From Flexistipes sp. (GTDB taxonomy: Bacteria > Chrysiogenota > Deferribacteres > Deferribacterales > Flexistipitaceae): a stretch of DNA of 23,599 nt. The translations under genes were made by a program, and so were the position numbers. Shown here piece after piece: positions 1 through 8,515 of this stretch; position 1 is the first letter of the stretch, and each line of letters starts with the position of its first letter. A model generated the notes under the pieces. The model had not been told where the DNA came from, ran no database searches, and was given only the letters and a program-made list of their open reading frames with translations. The DNA lies in NCBI RefSeq assembly GCF_036172515.1, contig NZ_JAXKVW010000024.1, positions 1 through 23,599 of the forward strand, given 5' to 3'.

Positions 1-96
1 AAGTTGATAAGGCAGGCATTTGGTGTATTGAAAAGTGGCAAACCGTATGATCCGGATCATGCAAATAATTTAACTTTGGTTGCAAAAAATGCTTGA
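1..96 (+). CDS. 3' end (31 codons + TGA) of a gene running in from upstream; the C-terminus resembles IS110-family transposases
   Basis: Frame 1 is open from the window edge to TGA at 94-96 and reads KLIRQAFGVLKSGKPYDPDHANNLTLVAKNA*. The pattern (AR)KLxxxxxxxLKxGxPY resembles the conserved C-terminal helix of IS110/IS1111-type DEDD transposases. Too short for certainty. Confidence 0.3.
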   Translation, partial: KLIRQAFGVLKSGKPYDPDHANNLTLVAKNA

Positions 97-187
97 CTTT
101 TAACACGGAACATTTCGACCGTAAAGAACGATATAGCGAACAAATATGCAAGTGTGCTTAAAGGAATGTTTAAACCGGCTTTTGCTT

Positions 188-493
188 ATGAAAACTAAAG
201 AAAAACGGATAAAAAAAGATGCAAAAATCTTAAGAAAATTTATCCATGTTTACTGCAAAACTCATCATGGGAGATATGAAGGTGGATACTGTCCTGAGTG
301 CAGAGAAGTTCTGGAATATGCTCTGAAAAGGGACGAAAAGTGTCCGCTTGACCCTAAACCCAAATGCAAAGATTGTCATATCCACTGCTATACTCCTGAG
401 ATGAGGCGGAAAATTCGTGAGATCATGAAATTCAGCGGTATGTATTTTATTAAACGCGGCCGCCTCGACTGGCTTTTCCATTATTTTTTCTGA
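188..493 (+). CDS. small Cys/His-rich protein of the YgbA-like 'nitrous oxide-stimulated promoter' family
   Basis: ORF 146..493. Motifs YC-x3-HH, CPEC, CPLDPKPKCKDCHIHCYTPEMRRKIREIMKFSG match the cysteine pattern I associate with PF11756-type proteins. ATG at 188 (MKTKEKRIKK...) is preferred over ATG 146 by family N-terminus; neither has a strong SD. Confidence 0.5.
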   Translation: MKTKEKRIKKDAKILRKFIHVYCKTHHGRYEGGYCPECREVLEYALKRDEKCPLDPKPKCKDCHIHCYTPEMRRKIREIMKFSGMYFIKRGRLDWLFHYFF

Positions 494-608
494 AAAGCCT
501 GAGCTTGAGTAATTTGTTGAGTAGTATATTTGTTATTGGTGAACTCAGTTGGCACCTCAACTACCCATAGTACCTCTAATACTCCTACAACCTCTAATTA
601 TCTCTCCG

Positions 609-641
609 ATCACGCATTACGTATATGAATGCGTGATTTTT
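609..641 (+). terminator. rho-independent terminator downstream of the ygbA-like gene
   Basis: ATCACGCAT (609-617) / ATGCGTGAT (629-637) form a 9-bp stem with an 11-nt loop, followed by TTTT(T) at 637-641 on the + strand. No comparable T-run on the minus strand. Confidence 0.5.
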
Positions 642-686
642 GGTAGAACACCAAATAAACTATTTCTAATTCACCACTTAACCAGT

Positions 687-1397
687 TCACTGTTTTTCCC
701 CGCTTTCTGCCAGCGATTTAACATATTTTTTGAATTCTTCCGGCTCCGGCTGCCTTTTTACAACCTCTGTTCCCACCACGAAACCGTCGGCAAATTTCAT
801 AACAGCCGATGCATCAGCCGGTGTTTTGATTCCGAAACCAAAAATCACCTTGTAACCCGATTTTTCTTTTACTTCTTTTATTTTTTTGATATTTACCTGA
901 TTGTTTAAGTCCGCTTTTGAGCCCGTAACGCCTTTCAGTCCGACAAAATAGATAAAATTCTGACCATCAAGATATTGTGTGAGTTTACCGGCGTCGGTAT
1001 CTGTTGTAGCAAAGGGAATGATCGGAATCTCGAACCCTTTTTCCTTGAAAAAGCAGTGATATTCATTAGGCAAATCAGCTATAATCACTCCATCAATTGT
1101 ACTTTTATATTTTTTACTGAAATTTTCGGCTCCATAATGATAAATTATATTGGAATAAGTCATTATATATATTTTGGTTTTTTTGTTTTCACGGATAAAA
1201 TCCATTAATTCTTCAATGTTTATTTGTTTTGTCAGAACATTTTCTCCGGCTCCGGAAATAACCGGACCATCAGCCACCGGGTCGTTAAAGGGGATACCGA
1301 TTTCCACAAAATCAAGCCCGCAGTTCTGGGAAAAAATGAATTCCTCTTTAAATGTTTCAATGTCCGGATATCCGATCATCATGTAGATTCCTTTCAT
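687..1397 (-). CDS. trpA: tryptophan synthase alpha subunit
   Basis: 236 aa; GIPFNDPVADGPVI signature; ATGA start/stop overlap with trpB, consistent with translational coupling. Confidence 0.9.
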   Translation of the reverse strand: MKGIYMMIGYPDIETFKEEFIFSQNCGLDFVEIGIPFNDPVADGPVISGAGENVLTKQINIEELMDFIRENKKTKIYIMTYSNIIYHYGAENFSKKYKSTIDGVIIADLPNEYHCFFKEKGFEIPIIPFATTDTDAGKLTQYLDGQNFIYFVGLKGVTGSKADLNNQVNIKKIKEVKEKSGYKVIFGFGIKTPADASAVMKFADGFVVGTEVVKRQPEPEEFKKYVKSLAESGEKQ

Positions 1398-2563
1398 GAC
1401 AGGCTTCCTCCTCTGTATTCCCTGACAATTTCCAAATCCTTGTCCCCTCTGCCGGAAAGGTTCAGCAGAATATTCTTCTCTTTGAAAAAATTACTGTTTT
1501 TGAATATATATCCCAAAGCGTGGCTTGATTCGAGTGCCGGTATGATTCCTTCATTCCGGGCGAGTTCATAAAATGCAAAAATTGCATCTTCATCCCTGCA
1601 GAATTCGTATTTTACTCTTTTGCTGTCTTTTAAAAATGCATGCTCAGGCCCTACACCTGGATAATCAAGACCTGCTGAAACGGAATGAACAGGGGCAATC
1701 TGTCCGTTTTTCTGCAGAATTACATATGAATGCGAACCCTGAAAGATTCCCTTTTGGCCTTTACTGAATCTTATGGCGTGTTCTCCGGGTTTATCACTTA
1801 ATCCTCCCGCTTCCACACCGATAAGCTCAACTTCCGTATCCATAAATCCTCTGAAAATACCGATGGCGTTGCTGCCTCCGCCTACACATGCAATGACATA
1901 GTCGGGCAGTTTGCCTGATGACTCAAAGTATTCCCTCGCTTCCCGGCCGATAACGGATTGAAAGTGGGATACTACAGACGGAAAAGGGTGCGGACCTAAA
2001 GCTGAACCGAGCAGATAATGGGTATCGTCCACATTTGCCACCCAGTCCTTTAAACAGGCACTGACAGCGTCTTTAAGTGTTTTGCTCCCCTTATCCACAA
2101 CAGTGACTTTTGCGCCCAGCATTTCCATTTTTTCAACGTTAACTCTTTGTCTCTCTGCATCCGTTTTTCCCATATATATTTCGCATTCCAGATTGAAAAG
2201 TGCACATGCTGTGGCCGTTGCCACGCCGTGCTGCCCTGCACCGGTTTCTGCTATAATCCGCTTTTTACCCATCTGCAGGGCAAGCAAAGCCTGCCCAATT
2301 GTATTGTTAATTTTGTGTGCTCCGGTATGAAGCAGATCTTCCCTTTTCAGGTAAAGATTAAAACCGTATTTCTCTGAAAGATTTTCAGCATAATAGACCG
2401 GTGTCGGCCTGCCTGCGTAATCATTCATATATTTAAGAAATTTATTGTTAAAATTTGCATCATTTTTTGCTTTAAAGAAATTTCTTTCCAGTTCGTTCAA
2501 GGCCGGCATGAGCGTTTCCGCCACAAACTGACCCCCGTATTCCCCGTAAAATCCGTTTTTCAT
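1394..2563 (-). CDS. trpB: tryptophan synthase beta subunit (PLP-dependent)
   Basis: 389 aa; N-terminal GEYGGQFV, PLP-lysine region LHTGAHKINN, GGGSNAIG loop. Confidence 0.95.
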   Translation of the reverse strand: MKNGFYGEYGGQFVAETLMPALNELERNFFKAKNDANFNNKFLKYMNDYAGRPTPVYYAENLSEKYGFNLYLKREDLLHTGAHKINNTIGQALLALQMGKKRIIAETGAGQHGVATATACALFNLECEIYMGKTDAERQRVNVEKMEMLGAKVTVVDKGSKTLKDAVSACLKDWVANVDDTHYLLGSALGPHPFPSVVSHFQSVIGREAREYFESSGKLPDYVIACVGGGSNAIGIFRGFMDTEVELIGVEAGGLSDKPGEHAIRFSKGQKGIFQGSHSYVILQKNGQIAPVHSVSAGLDYPGVGPEHAFLKDSKRVKYEFCRDEDAIFAFYELARNEGIIPALESSHALGYIFKNSNFFKEKNILLNLSGRGDKDLEIVREYRGGSLS

Positions 2564-2603
2564 CTTTCCCCCTTGCCAAATGTAATCTTATGTTCTCTTT
2601 TTA

Positions 2604-3146
2604 TTAAAACATTGTCTGCAATATGAATTTTCTCATTTTGTCAAAGCTTTTTTCTCCCGTTTCATCTTCCACACCGCTGGAAACATCCACTCCGAACGGC
2701 CGGTATCTTCTGATGATACGTGCAACATTATTTGCATTAAGTCCGCCTGCAAGTATGATAGTTTCTCTGTATTTTTCAATCCAGCTTCTGAAATTTTCAA
2801 AAGCGCCCGAACCTCTGCTCATATCATACAAAAGGTATTCGTATTTTATATTGTCAGCAGGCTCTTCAGATGTTGCAAAGATTGTCGGAAATTTTGTTTT
2901 TACCGGTTCATAAATTTGTATGTAGTCAAAGTATTCAGCCACATTTTGAACCTCATCGTAAGTGAGTCCGACGGCAGCACTTTTAATCCCTGTTTCTTTA
3001 GCACATTTTGCCAGCTCTTTTGCTTTTTCAATACCCACGAACCGTTTGCTCCTATTGTGAAGCACAACACCTATCATACTGTAATTCAGCTTTGCAGCAT
3101 ATATTATCTGCTCGTCTGTCTTCATGCCGCAAATCTTTACAAACAT
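2604..3146 (-). CDS. trpF: phosphoribosylanthranilate isomerase
   Basis: 180 aa; MFVKICGM N-terminus and TIM-barrel PRAI-like layout; position between trpC and trpB. Confidence 0.85.
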   Translation of the reverse strand: MFVKICGMKTDEQIIYAAKLNYSMIGVVLHNRSKRFVGIEKAKELAKCAKETGIKSAAVGLTYDEVQNVAEYFDYIQIYEPVKTKFPTIFATSEEPADNIKYEYLLYDMSRGSGAFENFRSWIEKYRETIILAGGLNANNVARIIRRYRPFGVDVSSGVEDETGEKSFDKMRKFILQTMF

Positions 3147-3893
3147 TTATTTCAGCCCTCTGTATAAATTTTGAAAACTTTCTTTTATATTGTCTGATTT
3201 CATAAGGTAAGTACCTATAAGAAAAGCATCTGCTCCGGCCCTGCGGAAATTTGCTACATCTTCGGTGCTGTTTATACCGCTTTCAGCGATTTTAAGAAGA
3301 CTGTCCGGCAGTGTTTTTAAAATTTGTGCACCTTTTTGCTTGTCAATTTCGAGTGTATCCAGATTCCTCGAATTTACACCCACCAAAGCAGGTGAAAAGT
3401 CTTTTATTTTTTCGTATTCTTTAGGTGTGTGAATTTCATACAGAATATAAAGGTTCATCTCACGGGCTTTTTCGGATAATCTGCCAATTTCTTCCTGTGT
3501 TAAAACGGCCGCAATGATTAGTATAATATCTGCACCAAAAGCATATGCGGCCTCTATCTGCCTTTCAGAAATGATAAAATCTTTGCAAAGCACCGGAATG
3601 TTAACTTTTTCAGATACTTCTTTCAGGTATTCGAATGAGCCTTTGAAAAAGTACTTGTCGGTAAGTACACTCACAGCTCCTGCCCCGTATTTCTCGTATA
3701 GTGCCGCCTGTTCTGCGGGTGATGCATCGGGTTTTATTTCTCCGGCCGAGGGTGAGGCCTTTTTAACCTCGGCAATAAACGGTTTATTTTTTAGTGTTTG
3801 TAAAGGCTCAATAATATCTTTTGTTCTTTTTGGCAGAATTTTCGGAATTTCTTCAATCTCGTATTTTTTGTTCGCCAGTATTTTATCAAGCAT
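3147..3893 (-). CDS. trpC: indole-3-glycerol phosphate synthase
   Basis: 248 aa; IAEVKKASPSAG, NSRNL and LIGTY motifs typical of IGPS; directly abuts trpD and trpF. Confidence 0.9.
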   Translation of the reverse strand: MLDKILANKKYEIEEIPKILPKRTKDIIEPLQTLKNKPFIAEVKKASPSAGEIKPDASPAEQAALYEKYGAGAVSVLTDKYFFKGSFEYLKEVSEKVNIPVLCKDFIISERQIEAAYAFGADIILIIAAVLTQEEIGRLSEKAREMNLYILYEIHTPKEYEKIKDFSPALVGVNSRNLDTLEIDKQKGAQILKTLPDSLLKIAESGINSTEDVANFRRAGADAFLIGTYLMKSDNIKESFQNLYRGLK

Positions 3894-4889
3894 TTATACA
3901 GCCTTTTCCATTATCATCTTATTTAACTTGGCCGACACACTGCCTTCTTTTATTATTTTTCGTGCTGCATTAAAGCCTTCTTTTAATGTATACATATTCA
4001 TTGTGTAAAGGCTGACGGCTGTATTAACTGCAATCAGGTCGGTCAGCTTTTCGTTTTTACCTTCTATGGTTTCCAGGAAAAGTTTTTTGGCATCTTCTTT
4101 TGAATTTACCACAGGCATGGGAAACTTTTCGAAAAAGCCGGAAGGGTCTATTTCAAATTTTTCAATTTTCCCGTCTTTGATATGGCGCACATAGGTTATA
4201 TCGGAGGATGAGATTTCATCGTAACCGTCTTTGGAGGAGTAAACGATAATGTTGTTTCTCTTCTGTATCCTGAGGGCTTCGGCATACAGATCCAGTTTAT
4301 CAGTCCTGTTGATTCCGATTGTCTGATAATCGGGGGAGCCCGGGTTCAGCATGGGTCCCAAATAGTTGAAAATGGTTGCCACACGAAGATCTTTTCTTAT
4401 TTTTGCTACATTTTTCAATGCCGGATGGTAGTGAGGGGCAAAAAGGAAAATGAAGTTGTTATTGTTGAAATAGGTACGGGAGTTTGTTTCGTCAAGTTTT
4501 GTTGGGACTCCGAGTTCATCCAGTATGTCTGCTGACCCGACTTTTCCGCTTTGTGCCATATTTCCATGTTTTAATACTTTTATTCCCATTGCCGCCAGGA
4601 CCAGGGAAACTGCTGTGGAGACATTTAAGGTTGATTTCCCGTCACCGCCGGTTCCGCAGGTGTCGATAGTTTTTGTAGCAGAGTGCTGAAACTTTACCTT
4701 ATGCTCATTTAAAACTGTTGCAGCTGCAGCGACCTCTTCAGCTGTTTCCCCTCTGAGTTTCATGGCTATCAGAGCGGAACCGATCCCGGCTTCAGATATT
4801 TCACCGGTGAGTATCCCGTTAAAGAGTGTTTTTACTTCATCAAAATCCAGCACTTTGCCGTTATTGACTTTTTGTAAAATATTATGCAT
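3894..4889 (-). CDS. trpD: anthranilate phosphoribosyltransferase
   Basis: 331 aa; GTGGDGKSTLNVSTA PRPP-binding motif; 8-nt overlap with trpG. Confidence 0.9.
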   Translation of the reverse strand: MHNILQKVNNGKVLDFDEVKTLFNGILTGEISEAGIGSALIAMKLRGETAEEVAAAATVLNEHKVKFQHSATKTIDTCGTGGDGKSTLNVSTAVSLVLAAMGIKVLKHGNMAQSGKVGSADILDELGVPTKLDETNSRTYFNNNNFIFLFAPHYHPALKNVAKIRKDLRVATIFNYLGPMLNPGSPDYQTIGINRTDKLDLYAEALRIQKRNNIIVYSSKDGYDEISSSDITYVRHIKDGKIEKFEIDPSGFFEKFPMPVVNSKEDAKKLFLETIEGKNEKLTDLIAVNTAVSLYTMNMYTLKEGFNAARKIIKEGSVSAKLNKMIMEKAV

Positions 4890-5457
4890 AGCTTACCTCC
4901 CTGTTGCTGCTTTTTGAGTATTCTATAAAATTATTAATTATCTTTTGTCCCTGACTGCTGAGATAGGACTCCGGATGAAACTGTACTCCGAATAAGTGTT
5001 TTGCGGAGTCTTCGACAGCCATTATTTCATTATCCGAAGCTGATCGCGCTATTGCTATATCATTCGCATCTACAACCAGCGAATGGTACCTTACTGCATC
5101 AAATGATTCGGTAAGTCCCGAAAGGAGTATACTTTCGTGCTGTTTCTTTACTGTATCCAGTTTGCCGTGTTTGATTGAAGCCGCTCTTCTTACAGGGTAT
5201 CCGAGATAATGGCAGATACACTGCATTCCCAGACAGACTCCAAAAATGGGTTTTGAGCCCAGATAGTGCTCCAGATATTTTAAAGAAGTGCCTGAGTTTG
5301 AAGGGTTTGAAGGCCCCGGTGATATAACAATGCCTTCGTATCTGTCTGCTGGTATAAATTCATCATTTTTTATCACATCGACTTTTTCCCCAGCTTTTAA
5401 GAAAAGACTATAAAGGTTGTATGTGAATGAATCGTAGTTATCAATTAGCAAAAACAT
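4882..5457 (-). CDS. trpG: anthranilate synthase component II (class-I glutamine amidotransferase)
   Basis: 191 aa; MFLLIDNYDSFTYNL start, catalytic GVCLGMQ Cys and GVQFHPES; overlaps trpE by 17 nt. Confidence 0.9.
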   Translation of the reverse strand: MFLLIDNYDSFTYNLYSLFLKAGEKVDVIKNDEFIPADRYEGIVISPGPSNPSNSGTSLKYLEHYLGSKPIFGVCLGMQCICHYLGYPVRRAASIKHGKLDTVKKQHESILLSGLTESFDAVRYHSLVVDANDIAIARSASDNEIMAVEDSAKHLFGVQFHPESYLSSQGQKIINNFIEYSKSSNREVSYA

Positions 5458-6910
5458 TTTCGCCCTCCAGATTTTTTATTCTGTCTATAGCCGTGAAGAG
5501 TGCTTTCAGCTTACCTTCCACTTCATGGTATTCCTTTGCCGGTATACTGTCGTAAACGATGCCGGCTCCTGCCCGAATGATTGTCTTATCGGGTTTTACC
5601 ATGGCGCTTCTGATGGTTATGCATGTATCAAGATTTCCGTTATAAGAGATATAACCGGCGCAGCCTGCGTAAAATCCTCTCGGTGATCTTTCACACTCAC
5701 TTATTATTTCCATTGCTCTGATTTTAGGTGCACCACTTACCGTCCCTGCCGGGAATGTGCTTACAAATGCATCGAGTGATGTTTTGTCATCTCTGAGTCT
5801 TCCCGATACCTCTGAAACGATATGGACTACGTGTGAATAGACTTCCGCATTAAAAGATTTCTCCACTTTTACTGAATCGGTGTCACAACTTGTGTAAAGG
5901 TCGTTTCTGGCCAGATCAAGAAGCATCAGATGTTCGGATTTTTCCTTTTCATCTTCAAGAAGCTCTTTTTTGATTTTTTCAATATCCTCTCCGACGGGAT
6001 ATGTCCCGGCTATCGGTTTTAGTGTTGCCTTACCGCTTTCCACTTTCAGATGAATTTCAGGGGATGAGCCCAGCATTGTTTTATCTTTCATTTTGAAATA
6101 AAACATATATGGAGAAGGATTTACATTTCTTAAGGATCTGTAAAAGCTCAGAGGATGGATGCTTCCCTTTACTTCATATTTATTGGAAAAGACGCATTGT
6201 ATAAGCTCCCCGTCAGCGATATCGGATTTTAGCTTATTAACCGTTTTTTCGAATTCTTCTTTAGAAAATTCTTTTGAAACGCTCAGTTTATCAGCGGATG
6301 TGTAGTTGTCAAAATTGAAGTCGTTTATTTCATCAGCCATTTTTCTTGTTCTTTTTACGGCTGTTTCGTAATTACTTTCTAAATTTCCGTTAGTTTCTGC
6401 ATTACAGGCGGCATAAACCCTTCCTGTCCTGTTGTCAAAGACATAGAATTCATTCATAAGCATTAGATAAATGAGGTTTTCATCGGCAGGCTCGGTGAGT
6501 TTATGTCTTAGAGTCCCCGTATAGTTGATGAATTCATAACCGAAATAACCCACATATCCTCCGGAAAATGCTCCGAACTTGGGATCCGCATATCCGTTAA
6601 ATTTTTCTATTTTGCTGTTGAGATAGTCCACCGGATTTATATCGATTTTTGTTTTTTTGCCGTTTTTCTCAACGTTAAGACTGCCGTTTTTAAGTGAAAC
6701 AATTTCGCTTGGATTTATTCCGAAAAACGAAAACCTTGAAAAAGTCTTGTCCAGATTTGCACTTTCCAGCAAAAATACACTGTCTCTGTTGGAGAAATTC
6801 TTCAACAAACCTATGGGGGTAAGGGTGTCGCCTACAATCTCACGATAAATGGTAATGTGAGAATATTTTTCTGAAAGTTTTTTAAATCTCTCTTTGTCCG
6901 GGTATATCAT
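5441..6910 (-). CDS. trpE: anthranilate synthase component I
   Basis: Chorismate-binding enzyme fold (…GAPKIRAMEII…GCAGYISYNG…AGAGIV). The track ORF begins at GTG 6991, but ATG at 6910-6908 (MIYPDKERF…) is preceded by a perfect AGGAGG (6914-6919) at 4 nt and avoids reading through the terminator hairpins. Start therefore set at 6910. Confidence 0.9.
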   Translation of the reverse strand: MIYPDKERFKKLSEKYSHITIYREIVGDTLTPIGLLKNFSNRDSVFLLESANLDKTFSRFSFFGINPSEIVSLKNGSLNVEKNGKKTKIDINPVDYLNSKIEKFNGYADPKFGAFSGGYVGYFGYEFINYTGTLRHKLTEPADENLIYLMLMNEFYVFDNRTGRVYAACNAETNGNLESNYETAVKRTRKMADEINDFNFDNYTSADKLSVSKEFSKEEFEKTVNKLKSDIADGELIQCVFSNKYEVKGSIHPLSFYRSLRNVNPSPYMFYFKMKDKTMLGSSPEIHLKVESGKATLKPIAGTYPVGEDIEKIKKELLEDEKEKSEHLMLLDLARNDLYTSCDTDSVKVEKSFNAEVYSHVVHIVSEVSGRLRDDKTSLDAFVSTFPAGTVSGAPKIRAMEIISECERSPRGFYAGCAGYISYNGNLDTCITIRSAMVKPDKTIIRAGAGIVYDSIPAKEYHEVEGKLKALFTAIDRIKNLEGENVFAN

Positions 6911-6925
6911 ATTTCCTCCTGATAT

Positions 6926-6956
6926 AAAAAAAGGCCGTGGTACAATCCACGGCCTT
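6926..6956 (-). terminator. intrinsic terminator T2 (promoter-distal), ending 6 nt before the trpE SD
   Basis: Minus strand reads AAGGCCGTGG-attgta-CCACGGCCTT followed by TTTTTTT. 10-bp GC-rich stem, 6-nt loop, 7-U tail. Confidence 0.7.
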
Positions 6957-6963
6957 AAGATAC

Positions 6964-6997
6964 AAAAAAAGGCCGTGTGGTTGTTCACCACACGGCC
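6964..6997 (-). terminator. intrinsic terminator T1 (promoter-proximal), candidate attenuator of the trp leader
   Basis: Minus strand reads GGCCGTGTGG-tgaacaa-CCACACGGCC followed by TTTTTTT. The loop plus flanking bases (GTGAACAACC) are perfectly complementary to GGTTGTTCAC at 7029-7020, which overlaps the leader stop codon. This gives a possible competing antiterminator helix. Confidence 0.7.
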
Positions 6998-7028
6998 CTT
7001 ATATTTTTACACAAAGGTAGTGAACAAC

Positions 7029-7100
7029 CTAACTTATTCCGTTAACTGTCCACCACCAAGCATTATTGATTAGCATTATTTTTATTTTCATAGTTTGCAT
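7029..7100 (-). CDS. trp operon leader peptide (trpL-like), 23 aa: MQTMKIKIMLINNAWWWTVNGIS
   Basis: Read by hand from the reverse complement of 7029..7100. Codons TGG TGG TGG sit at 7058-7050, with stop TAG at 7031-7029. The ORF lies between the stop of the upstream gene (7134) and the tandem terminators, in the position expected for ribosome-mediated attenuation. The SD is weak (GAGT) and the start could instead be ATG 7091 or 7076. Confidence 0.65.
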   Translation of the reverse strand: MQTMKIKIMLINNAWWWTVNGIS

Positions 7101-7133
7101 AATACTCATTAAAAAAGTTTTGTAAAGTATTTT

Positions 7134-8450
7134 TTATGTTACTTCGATAATTTTTTTGCCGATGCTGATATATCCTTTGTTTCTGCCGTCTGACTTTGCC
7201 CTGTACATGAGATTGTCTATATTTTTGATGATATTGTCCAAGTTCTCAGAAGTGTTTTTGCAAAAAACAGCTCCGATGCTTATTGTTACAGGGATTTGTT
7301 TACAATCTTCCTTAATATTTAAATTTCTTGCCGCTTCCAGCAGCTTTGAGACAATTGCCGGCATATCCGCTTCTTTTTGACCGGGGAAAATACAGATGAA
7401 CTCTTCTCCCCCGAAACGCCCGATAATATCAGATTTGCGGACAGAGTTTTTTATTGCTTCTGTTAATTTTATTAATACCCTGTCACCCACATCGTGGCCG
7501 TGCCGGTCGTTTATATTTTTAAAATGGTCGATATCCCACAAAGCTACCCCAAAGCTGTGACCGTAACGTCCGGCATTATAGTTGACATGCTCCAGCTGTT
7601 CCATGAAAAAACGTCTGTTATAAAGGCCGGTCAAAGAATCGGTGGTTGCTTTTTTGAATAACTGTCTGTTTGTTTTCTCCAAATCATCGTACAGTTTTTT
7701 TGTTTTAATGTTGCTTGTTACCCTCAGTATTGCTTCTTCTGCTGAAAACGGTTTGAGGATGTAGTCGTTTGCACCGTGAAGAAGAAGTGTTCTCATGAAT
7801 GAGCTTTCTCTTGAAGATGCCAGTATTAGGATAGGGACATTTTTCAGAGAATTTTTATGCCGAAGTTCTTTTGTAAGCTCCATTCCGTCCATCTTTTTCA
7901 TAAACAAATCTGCGATGATAATATCAGGGGTATTGTTTTTTAAATTTTTGAGAAGCTCGGAAGGCTCAGAAAACGTTGACACAGTTATCCCGGTGGATTT
8001 GAGAATATTTTCGAGAAACTGTGTTTCCGCTATATCGTTATCAACTATCCATGCCGATGAGCCGCTGATATCTGAAATTGATATAATTTCAACAATTTCA
8101 TCCACATATTTGACAAAATCCTCATTTACTTTTGACTTCTCCAGGAAATCTATGGCGCCTGCACCGAAAGCTTTGAATTTCAGTGTTTCGTCATTTTCAT
8201 TTGAGGTTAATACAATTACAGGTACCGAGCGGAATTTTTTTCTTTTTTGCATGTATTCGCAAAGATCAAGTCCAACACCATCCTGCAGTTCGTATGAAAT
8301 GATTACAAGAGAGGGGAGAAATTCATCCAGTATATCTTTTGCTTCTGAATATGAATTAGCGGTCAATATTTTGTATTTACCCTTCAGATAGTTCTCCAAA
8401 ACAAATCTTGACACTTTGGAAGGGTCTGCTATAAGGATATACTTTTTCAC
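7134..8450 (-). CDS. response-regulator diguanylate cyclase (REC-REC-GGDEF, PleD-like)
   Basis: GGEEF active site with RKSD (RxxD) I-site five residues upstream. REC2 carries the canonical acceptor Asp (DIIIADLFMKKMDG). REC1 appears to lack it (VIISYELQDG). The track ORF runs to 8525 and would overlap gltX; GTG at 8450-8448 (VKKYILIADPS) has an AGAGG SD at 5 nt, so it is chosen as the start. Confidence 0.8.
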   Translation of the reverse strand: MKKYILIADPSKVSRFVLENYLKGKYKILTANSYSEAKDILDEFLPSLVIISYELQDGVGLDLCEYMQKRKKFRSVPVIVLTSNENDETLKFKAFGAGAIDFLEKSKVNEDFVKYVDEIVEIISISDISGSSAWIVDNDIAETQFLENILKSTGITVSTFSEPSELLKNLKNNTPDIIIADLFMKKMDGMELTKELRHKNSLKNVPILILASSRESSFMRTLLLHGANDYILKPFSAEEAILRVTSNIKTKKLYDDLEKTNRQLFKKATTDSLTGLYNRRFFMEQLEHVNYNAGRYGHSFGVALWDIDHFKNINDRHGHDVGDRVLIKLTEAIKNSVRKSDIIGRFGGEEFICIFPGQKEADMPAIVSKLLEAARNLNIKEDCKQIPVTISIGAVFCKNTSENLDNIIKNIDNLMYRAKSDGRNKGYISIGKKIIEVT

Positions 8451-8515
8451 CGCAACCTCTGTTTTAGTCAAAGATGGTTTAAATAAAATACAATCATATA
8501 CATTTTGGAGGAAAA

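Noticed and set aside
549-908. 119-aa + strand ORF
   Set aside because: Low-complexity translation (repetitive L/F/P). It spans the ygbA terminator hairpin and runs antisense to the trpA 3' end. No SD.
975-4008. Multiple 60-165-aa ORFs antisense to trpA/trpB/trpF/trpC (e.g. 975..1208, 1224..1571, 2082..2377, 2623..3205, 3514..4008)
   Set aside because: Shadow ORFs inside well-supported trp genes, with no independent signals.
5441-6991. Extended trpE reading frame starting at GTG 6991 (MVNNHTAFF…)
   Set aside because: The extension would translate through both terminator hairpins. The internal ATG 6910 has a perfect AGGAGG SD and gives the canonical TrpE N-terminus.
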